A stretch of DNA of 20,000 nt. Origin: Trypethelium eluteriae (Eukaryota). The position numbers were made by a program, and so were the translations under genes. Location of the stretch: assembly GCA_051942245.1 (NCBI GenBank), contig JAVECL010000050.1, positions 53,865 through 73,864 of the forward strand. The letters run 5' to 3'. The notes under the pieces are model-generated. The model saw only the letters and a list, made by a program, of their open reading frames with translations, ran no database searches and had not been told where the DNA came from. Shown piece after piece: positions 1 to 8,947 of this stretch (its first letter is position 1; each line of letters begins with the position of its first letter).

Positions 1-1820
1 CAAGATCTCAAAGCCGATCCTAGTCCAGGCATAACCACCCACGTTGAATCTACCACACGAGTCGCGAGCTCGCATTTCCAAACTCATGCCACTTCCACCT
101 CCAACGATGTCGATGTTGATGTCGCCGCCAATCTTTTCAGATCCCCTACCGATCTCCAAGCCAGCGCCGACATTGATCCGGCCACCGAGCGCCGTCTCGT
201 CCGCAAGATCGACCGGATGATTTTGCCCTATCTAGCCGTGTGCTACGCCTTTTTCTACATTGACAAGACGACTCTCTCGTACGCTGCCATCTTCGGGATC
301 AAGAAGGACTTGAAGCTGGTCGGGGCTGAATACAATTGGCTGAGCAGCATCTTCTACTTTGGATTCCTGGCATGGGCGGTGCCGACGAACTTTGGCTTGC
401 AGCGCTTTCCAGTGGGGAAGTACCTTGGGGGGAATATCTGCGCATGGGGCGCGTTGTTGATGCTGCAGGCGGCGTCGAATGTTTGTGCCAATTCCAGTTT
501 GCCTTCGCTTCCTCTCATCTCCATTTTAATCTATCTCAAAATTAGCTCAGCTAGAAGTCTTCTCCTTCCCAATTTTCTCCAATCGAGTTCAACTCGTTCC
601 CCTAATCCGGATTAACGCTATGAAGAACTATGCATAAATAGACTGACCAATCGCTCCCCGCTCACAGAATTTCGCCTCCCTCGCTGCCCTCCGCGCCCTT
701 TCTGGTGCTGCTGAAGCGTGCTCCGACCCAGCGTTTATGCTCATCACGGCCATGTGGTACACACGACGTCAGCAACCCCTCCGCATGGGCATATGGTATA
801 CAGCGAATGGAGGTGGTATTGCACTAGGAGGACTGCTAGGGTACGGGATCGGCCACATTCGTGGCGCACTAGCCTCCTGGCGGTATGAGTTCCTCATTGT
901 GGGCGCCGCGTGCATGATCTGGGGCATTGTGATGATGGTGATGCTGCCGGACAGCCCGGTCACTGCGAAGGGGTTATCGTGGGAGGAGAGGAGGTGTGCG
1001 GTAGAGAGGCTGAGGGGGGATCAGACGGGAGTGGAGAATAAGCGGTTTAAGGCGTATCAGGTGAGGGAGGCGGTACTAGATCCGAAGACGTACCTGCTTT
1101 TTCTCCTAGGCGTCGTAGGAAATGTGCCGAACGGGGGAATTAGCAACTTTGGCACACTGATCATTCAGGGGTTTGGCTTCAGCACACTGGTCACGACCCT
1201 CATGCAGATCCCTTACGGTGTGCTAATTGCATTGAGCATCTTGGCTTGTGTATTCTTGAACGATTACGCATGTGCAAAGAGAAAGATGAACACACGGTGC
1301 ATTTTCATTCTCTTGTGGCTGTGCCCGAACATCGCTGGTGCATTCATGCTTGCATATGTGGGTTTGGATCACAAGGTTGCGAGATTATGGGGATACTATC
1401 TGACGGGGCCGTACAATGCTGCCTTTGTTATGATTCTGAGCCTGTCAACGGCCAATACTGCAGGTCACACCAAAAAAGTATTTACAAATGCCGTACTGTT
1501 CTTGGGCTATTGTACTGGCAACATCATTGGTAAGCTTCATATTTCTCTGGGGCTCACGAGAAAATGTATCGCTCTAAACAACTCCAGGGCCTTTTTTTTA
1601 CAAGACGGACCAGGCACCTACTTATCGGCTAGGCATCTGGAGTATGATTGTAAGCCATTTGATTGAGGTGGTTACGATATGTTGCTTTTACGTAGTCCTC
1701 AGCCTCGAGAATCGACGTCGTGACCGGTTGTATGGCAAAGTGGAAGAGAAGGATTTGGATGAGACGGCTTTTGGTGACCTGACAGACAGGGAGAACAAGA
1801 ACTTCAGATACGTGTTTTAG
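1..1820 (+). CDS. MFS transporter, allantoate permease (Dal5-like, anion:cation symporter) family; 5' end lies upstream of the window. Exons <1-480, 668-1529, 1588-1820
   Basis: Frame is open from base 1 and reads ...ERRLVRKIDRMILPYL...YIDKTTLSYAAIFG. Intron 481-667 (GTTTGT...CTGAC...CAG) joins in frame to NFASLAALRALSGAAEACSDPAFMLITAMWYTRRQQPLR. Intron 1530-1587 (GTAAGC...CAG) joins GNIIG|PFFY. The protein ends with the family-typical AFGDLTDRENKNFRYVF* (TAG at 1818-1820). Multiple hydrophobic TM segments are present. Confidence 0.93.
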
Positions 1821-2311
1821 CGGATCTTCTGGGGTCCACGTAGTCGTGGGGCTGAAGATGCATTTATACAATCATAGAAATCTGAATACGAGATTCTAGC
1901 CCTAATGACTGTGTTCTAGCAATATTTGCCTCGTTTGCAGTTGGTAATGCACCACTTCGCTGAACACGTGATAGAATGCAACCGAATGATCGTTCAACCC
2001 ATACAGTGACACTACCGATTGCCATTGCTTTCGCGGAGCCACGAACCGCTGACTGCTCCTGTTTCTTATCCCTACTAGTGCGTGCGATAAGAAATGTCGG
2101 TGGGCCACACGTGGTTCGAGAAGACCTCAGCTAGTGCGAAAACCTGTTGGGGCCCCCCTAAGTTGTATAGATTTAGAATAGAAAATTGGAAGATCTTTGA
2201 GGGATCTGTGTTCGATACTACACTTTGTACAGTCTTGAACAGATTCCACCGAGGGCCTTCGAAACCAATGAAGTCAGATGTTTGGGCCACGTCTGATGAC
2301 GCCGGCATTCC

Positions 2312-4063
2312 TCAACTCTCATCCACATCAAATCGACCCATAGTACTGGTGATTGACTTGTAATGTGAGGTTACAGCAGCAGCATGCTCCTCTACTGCAG
2401 AAATGAGGTCGAAGCTGGCGGCATTGACGTTTTCAGCAGCTGCTTTGGCCTCTGCTATCGCCTGAAATAATTGAAGTTTCCTTGAATGATGTAGAGCCTT
2501 GGATATCACTGTCTGGGCGGACTGCCTAACGCGTTCGGCGCTGGAAACGAGATGCCCTGTGACATGATGGTAGCTTTTGTCATCGGCCATAATTCTGAGT
2601 TCTGGAGGTTGAGAGCAACGTATATCCGGATCTGATGGTGATTCGCCTATTGCGAGATTGGTCTGCAACGGATCATTGGTTGGCCACTTTTCCGACGACG
2701 CAGGGTCCAGATCGTTAGCCTGGCCCGTGGTATAGTTTTCACTAGGTGACATGGTAGTGAAGCTATTAAGGATGTCACTCGAAGTAGACATGCTCGGATA
2801 GACTTGACTCAGGATGTGGTTTTGGCAAGCCTCTGTTCTGCCGACTGTATTTCGCTGACTAGACCGTATGGATCGCATGCTTTGGACCTTCCTTGTTTCT
2901 CTATCGCTGATGGCAACATCACTCTGTACAGTATGGACTTCTCGGTCATCTCCCGTGTGTCTGATTAAGTTTCCGTCCACGAATCTTACGCGACGTGTTT
3001 GGATCTTTCTCGGGTGATGTAGTAGTTCTCTACATTTTTCATGGTAAATAGATTCGAGTCGCAGGATGTCAACGCCTCGTACCCACGCTACGATTTCAAT
3101 GGGCAGTTGTGGAGCTTTTGCCCATGTTTGGAGGAAGGGCCTGTGTCGAGACAATCTAGTGCCTGGAGACTTCACATCAGTGGATTAAGCTCGGATTGCA
3201 TGGTAGCCAAAGGGCTGAGATCACCTTCAAAATTGAGGGCAATGAGCCGCCGCTCTCGATCATCCCAGGTTCGAGGCATTAACGTGAGGAACGCCATGGC
3301 CACTAAGAAATCTTGGCCTTCATTTGAATTCGCGAGCAGCTGTCCCAATGTCTTTGCAGTTTCGACATCGGCTGGTGAAACCGGTTCGACGAGATCAACG
3401 CTTTGGCAAAAGCGTTCCCGCAGAAGATTCAAGCACACCATGAACTTCTTCTCCCTATCGGTTCTCCGAAGGATTGGGTATATCGTATTCAGATAATTCT
3501 TCAGAGCACGGAAAAGAATACGTCCAATAATAGCGTCCTTAGGAATGCGTCGCCAAGCCAAGTACTCATGGTCAATCTCGTTGAAGCAACGAACGTTTAC
3601 ATGTCCTAATCCAAGCGAGCACTTCACCTCCCTCGTTTGAAAGATTTCCTCTACCTTGCTGGTATCGATGAGAAGTAGAGTAGTCTCCCTCGTGCGATGA
3701 TTCCGAAGCCAGTTTGCACGTGCAAGCGCCCAAAGGAGGGATCCTGTCAGGGAGATCCATGGCGATGGTTCATTATGCTCGCCAGAGATATGAAGCCTCG
3801 TGATACGCTGGAGGCAATCGTAGTCGAACTCGGTGGTTTGGTCTCTGGCAAAGAGATCCAGGTCAGCTACGGTATCATGGGGTTGAAATCCGTCAACGCG
3901 CCACACCAGGCGCGGAATTTCTTTCTTTGAGCAATTTATCCCTAGAATCGTTAAGAGGAGCCTTGGCTACCTTTCATCTTGACTTACTCAAATTCAATCC
4001 TCCGGTACATACGATTGTTTCATCACTTCGCTGAGGCGCTTCAAAGTGGAAGGACACGGCCAT
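2312..4063 (-). CDS. Uncharacterised ~547-aa protein with N-terminal ADP-ribosyltransferase-like (DUF7587-like) domain and helical C-terminus. Exons 4063-3988, 3941-3225, 3162-2312
   Basis: ATG at 4063. Intron 3987-3942 (GTAAGT...TTAAC...TAG) gives ...GGLNLR-INCSKKEIPRLVWRVD. Intron 3224-3163 (GTGATC...CTGAT...CAG) fuses track ORFs 3172..3906 and 2312..3175 in frame (ALNFEG-TRLSRH). Exon lengths 76+717+851=1644 nt, divisible by 3. Motifs: PRLVWRVD, SPWISLTGSLLWA, LLLIDT, DHEYLAWRRIPKDAIIG. Confidence 0.72.
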
Positions 4064-4983
4064 ATTGCGATGATCTATTAGGCTCAATCTCTCGTCGCCT
4101 AGTAAAAAGTGGGCAAGTCAATGCCTAAGCCTATATGTGAACAGACGAGGCTGACGGAACTACTGATGGCCTCGACAGGGCTTATCAAGGATCCATGCAA
4201 GCGTTCGTTATTCAATGCAGTCTTCAATTGGGTACGTTGGAGCTCCATGACGGTATGAAGGGCTTGAATGCAAACCTATGGTAACGAACCACGCGTCCAT
4301 GGTGAATCAACACGGCATAAGTAGGGGGTATCCTGGATGGTAAACCGTCTCAAAAGCTTTCTTTCCGTAAGGGTCGCAGCAATGGCCCGCCAGATGGGCA
4401 TCTTGTCCAATGCGCGGTCGAAGATCTATTGCTGTCACAAGTGGGGACGCAGGCAGCAATCTGCAAATGGATGAGGTAAACAAGCCTCACCCGTTTTCGT
4501 AGCTTTAAAAGAAGAGCTCTTCGTTCGATGCATGTGCCGGAATTGGATAAGCTTGGTTCAATGAGGCTGGAGGATGCTCATGCCAAGTATTGAGAGAGAG
4601 CTGAGCTTGAAGCCGGTTTCAACTTTCGAGGACATTTTAGTAGGTCTGTGATCTCGATCTGTCCAGAAGTCAGCCTTGTTGCGCAATCCGTTGAGTAGAG
4701 GTGAAGCTGCTGATACTATCGTGAGCAGAGACGTCACTGTGGCTACGAACGCGCATAAGATAAGGTGGCTTGACGACAATCGCAACGGTTACGAGATGCC
4801 ACTTCACGCTTTAATGGCAAGTGTGGGTCAATCTCAGCGATAAAACACTCAAATGCCTTCCAGAAAGCAGATATCATTTAAGAAGCACCGTCCTTGTCGG
4901 TGCGGTATTCCTCTACCGAGCTTCCATTCGGAGTATCTCCTGGCGTACTGGACTCACCGATTCAAAGCCGGAGTACTCGAGAC

Positions 4984-7650
4984 TCACCCAAGATGCCTTG
5001 CCTCCTTTGCAATTGCATTACACAATTCCACCTTGATCCCAGCTCCTGTTAAGACATGGATCCATAACCTCTGCGTATCACTTAATCGATCATTCTCGCT
5101 CTTCACCTCTGCAAACATTACCTCTCCCTTCCCAAGTTCGTCTTTCTTCCAAAGAAACAAATCCGGCACTCCACCTCCTCTTTGTCCATACTCTTGCGCC
5201 AGGACCTTACAGCATGTGCTCAAAGCCTCGCCCCCAAATATGCCCACAATCTCTAACAGGTCAGCAATATCAAAGGACCAATCTAACCCAACCACGCAGG
5301 TCTTGCGCTCATAATGTTCGTCCCATATCCTTTTCACAATGTCTCTCCCCAGCCCATTGCTAATTTCTGCCAGCCTGCGGTTCACCTCACCGAGTCGAGG
5401 CGGGTAGAAGGCGTCGCTATGTAGGTCTAAAGGGCAAGTCTGGTAGGGTGTTTGAAAGACGTTGGGGACATATGTGAAAAGGATGTCATAGAAGAGATAG
5501 GCAAATAGCGTACGGAGAACGCCGCCTTCGGAATGGTAGCCACGGTAGCCGAGGTCGCGGTAGTTGGAGAGGCACATTTCCTCGACGCTACATTGGCTTG
5601 GTGAGTCTGAAGGAGAGGCGGGATCCACCCAGATCGTTCTGCCGCCGCGCCGGGTGGACGAAGATGGTGTTGTACTGGGATCTTTGACGACTGTAGATGT
5701 CATGCTCTTAGGTAGCGTCGCTGGAGGAGGAGAGCGCTCGATTCGGGTTCCTTCAAAAGTGCGTTCAACTGGTTTGGCAAGTCGAACGTGCCCGAAGTCA
5801 TGTTGGAAGCGCTTGGCGATCTTGAGAGCGCGCTCGAGCTTCAAAATACGCTTTTGAAGATCATAGTGATAAATCACGGTGACATGATTGTCCTGGAGTC
5901 CATCTTCACAGGTTTGAAGGGCAATCTGCTTCCAATGTTTCCTCTGTGCGTCGTCCGTGCGACCTTCGCTGGGATACAGAGCACTCATGTAATGTTCTTC
6001 AAGCAAGGCCTTGCGCTGATACCATGCCCCCCGCCTAGCTGGATGGAAGAGCCGTTGATTAAGAAGCTCGGTCAAAATCTCGTGCTCCCGCTTGTGCTGC
6101 TTAAATTTGCCCAACACGTCGGCGCCTTTGTGAATGATACGCGTGTAAACCCAGGCTGGCGAGAGCCGGCGTAAATATGCACCTTCACCGCTGGAATAAA
6201 CGCTATCTTCTTTTCGCTGTTCTTCTTGGAGCAGAACAGCCCATCGCGGATAAATTTCTTCAAAGATATCAAGTACTGTCTGCAAGCCTTGACGGTTTGG
6301 CGTACCGTTAAACTCGAGAATATCATCAACTCGAAACTGCGTCCGGATTGATGCTTCGAATTCAAGGAGTGAAGTTCGTGATGAGAAGATATTTGCGGAT
6401 CGAGATACGATGTACTCTGGGAAATTCCTGCGAGCAATCCTTGCTAAAATGATGGTCGTGAGGGATTTTTCAGTCCACTCAGTAGACCTATAGAAGACAA
6501 GATGAACTCTTTCAAATAACTTTAGCGGTGCGGAAGTAAGTCGAATGCAAGGGCCGGTTTCAGCGAGGATCTTTTGAACAAAATAGGCATCTCTGTTCTC
6601 CTTGGTTGGACTTCTATTCCTGCTCTTGTTGTCCAGCTCAGCATCGTTAGACTTTATGCTCTCTTCCGTTTCTTCCCGTCTTAAAAACCCAAGGGCCGAT
6701 TGGTTCCCACTGGTTCTTCGTAAGGAAGCAAGTAGTTCTTTCTTGTTCTTGCCTTGTGCTTTCACATCTCTTGCTATGGCTTTGAGTTCATCGAGTCTTA
6801 ATAAAACGGAGGCTTCTTCTAAAGTCTTGATGTGCTCGTCAGAATGATCGGCAAAGGTAAAGGACCGCCCTAGAGTGGTTCCTTCAGGCGTTTCAAGCTC
6901 ACCCGGATTTTGGTGAACTTCATCTCTAGTTTCTGGTAGATCTCTGGACCACTGAAGCTCCTCGATCGGGCTTTCGAGATTTGCAATATCGCTATGGTAT
7001 CCAAGAGTTCGGATGCGGTGCCAAGCCGAGGTTTTCCGCAAGAAAAGGCGCACGTATCTAAAAGTTTGGTGTTCAGTCATCGTTCCATGCAATACTTTAT
7101 CACAGTCCTAGCCTTACAGATACTGTGCCTCATAGCTCAAGGCTTTCCAATTATGAAAAACTCCTATTTCTGCGGCATCGAACAGATGGCTCTCCTCCTC
7201 CAGAACTGTATCCAGAGCTAGGTTGAAAGCGTCCACGTAGATTGAAGTTCGTCCCTTGACCCATTCCGCTCTTTGCATGCGACCCTCAAGCCCCATTTCT
7301 GCGTTTTGCGCCACTCTTTGTGCTTCATACTCCTCAATGGCTTCCTTATCCGTCTTGATCGCGGGAAGAGCTGACTCGAGATCCGTAAGCTGCGTGGATT
7401 CGAGATCACCGAAGCCTTCGTCATTTGAATCGGTATCTGGCACCGGGATCTCTCGTAGTCGGGGTTTGGGTGGCGACGGAGTGCTCTCAGCCAGATCTTC
7501 CTCATGGCCATCATCGTCGAATCCTGATCGTCGTTGCCTTTTCGTAGGCCTCTCATCGAGATAGTCGTGCTCTTTCCCAGACAGTCCTTTCTGTAGAAAG
7601 CGTCCAAGCATCTGATTGTGCTTTGTGGGCGACTGCGTCTGCAACGCCAT
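4984..7650 (-). CDS. FAN1: Fanconi-associated nuclease 1 homologue (SAP, TPR and VRR-NUC domains), ~868 aa. Exons 7650-7118, 7057-4984; alternative start at 7611
   Basis: C-terminal PD-(D/E)xK VRR-NUC motif GGGVPDLFLW...FAEVKSENDRLSDTQRLWI. Also GYHSEGG and FQTPYQTCPLDL motifs and a SAP-like segment LRLDELKAIARDVKAQGKNKKELL. Intron 7117-7058 (GTAAGG...CTGAA...TAG) joins LSYEAQYL|YVRLFLRK. Confidence 0.95.
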
Positions 7651-7706
7651 GTGGTCATGGATAAGCGGAATGACCTCACCAGAAGCGCCGAGTTGATATC
7701 GAAGTG

Positions 7707-7753
7707 CGCGAACATAATCTCAGGGTAGCGCGACCGCGTCGCGTCGTCACGTG
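7707..7753. promoter_or_regulatory. Cluster of CGCG (MCB/SCB-like) cores plus a GTCACGTG E-box (Cbf1-like) upstream of FAN1
   Basis: CGCG occurs at 7707, 7729, 7735 and 7740 (reverse strand reads ACGCGACGCGGTCGCG). GTCACGTG is at 7746-7753. The cluster lies about 60-100 bp upstream of the first FAN1 ATG. Confidence 0.45.
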
Positions 7754-7932
7754 CCTTTTCATTCCACGACCAACTTTTCCATGGTCCGTTTTGAGTCTTT
7801 TCTCAGTTTCTATTAGGAGTGAGACGTCTTTCCATTGACCTTGTGAATTCTTCGAGATCAACAACGTCTTTGCATAGAGAAATCTGGAACACAATTCATG
7901 CAACGTAACCAATTAAATATTTTCACCTGAAT

Positions 7933-8603
7933 CTACCCTATGTCCATTATATCCCCGTCGTCCTCGTCTACGATCCCACTTGGAACATGTGCACCTGTGA
8001 AGATTGGCTGAGCCTTTTGCTCCATGCCGGGGACATTATTGGAAGCTAGGCCTTGATATGAGTTCTCCTGCTTCTGCCGTGCTCTCGCTCTAGCCTCGAT
8101 GACTGCCTTGCGAACGCTGTCCTTATCCTCTGGCACTGAAAGGGCCGCTGGGACTTGGTACAACACCAGTTGATTATCTTTCTTGACCTCCTCCTCCTGA
8201 CCTGTCAGAATATGCTTGGGCACTTTTGTGAGGTGCCTCTCGATGTCTGGAATGAACACTAGCCGCTCTTTGTCCGGCTCGCTTTGCTCACTCTCGGCCA
8301 ATTCTGCGTCCAAATCGTATATGTAGATTTTGTCTTTCGTGTCGTCGAGTTGCATGAACTCATTTGGCGTCTGGGAGGACTGCGGCGATTTTGCTGGTTG
8401 CTTGGCGGAGATAGGGATGTAGAGCTTGCCTTCGCGGTCTGTAGCAAATGTTAGAGCAGCGATAGAACCGTGGCACTGTAACCAGTGTGCATACCAAGAT
8501 TTAACAAATTAAAGCGCTTTGCAAGACGTTGCTCGCTGTCAAGGCTATCGTCGCCAGGCCGTTTCACGCCGTGCGGGCTCGACACCTCCGTGCAGGAAGG
8601 CAT
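7933..8603 (-). CDS. Conserved hypothetical Pezizomycotina protein, ~204 aa. Exons 8603-8495, 8438-7933
   Basis: ATG 8603 MPSCTEVSSPHGVKRPGDDSLDSEQRLAKRFNLLNL. Intron 8494-8439 (GTATGC...CTAAC...CAG) continues DREGKLYIP...MQLDDTKDKIYIYDLDAELAE...LVFIPDIERHL...LVLYQVPAALSVPEDKDSVRKAVIEARARAR. I recall these blocks from uncharacterised filamentous-fungal proteins. Confidence 0.85.
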
Positions 8604-8947
8604 ATTTACCCATCACTGAAACAACCCCACCGTCCACACCTTTAGCTATGGACGTTTTCTGTCTTCTTCCGTTATCGGTAATTAAGTCGGCGTCGTGTTT
8701 CGTATAGCAGACTCATTAGAGTTTGATGGTTGTGTCGAAGAAGGGGGTGTGTTTCATGCGCAATTGCTTGACTCACCAAGCTCGATGGTCAGATGTTTCT
8801 CGAAGCTTCGTAACAGCTGGTCCCGAGCGAAAGTCTTGCTTCGATGTCAACATCCGGCAACGTCTGTCCCCACTACGATTCAATAAAGGTCAATTGACCT
8901 TCCACCAGCATTTTACACACCTTAGATTTCAGCCATACCAATTCGAC

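Noticed and set aside
603..614. Perfect 12-bp palindrome TAATCCGGATTA in transporter intron 1
   Set aside because: Several 12-bp palindromes are expected by chance in 20 kb, and there is no supporting structure.
481..667. Longer-than-usual intron (187 nt) as a possible snoRNA host or nested (stwintron) intron
   Set aside because: The box C-like ATGAAGA and the CTGA are under 30 nt apart, the CTGA is part of the branch point, and I found no convincing internal donor/acceptor pair.
2105..2135. GGTTCGA T-loop-like motif suggesting a tRNA
   Set aside because: I could not form a T-stem, acceptor stem or cloverleaf around it.
3172..3175. Prokaryote-style GTGA overlap suggesting a two-gene toxin-antitoxin operon
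   Set aside because: The context is eukaryotic, and a GT-AG intron joins the two ORFs in frame, which is the simpler explanation.
7118..7650. Absence of an N-terminal UBZ zinc finger in FAN1
   Set aside because: Expected: fungal FAN1 homologues such as S. pombe Fan1 lack the UBZ domain.
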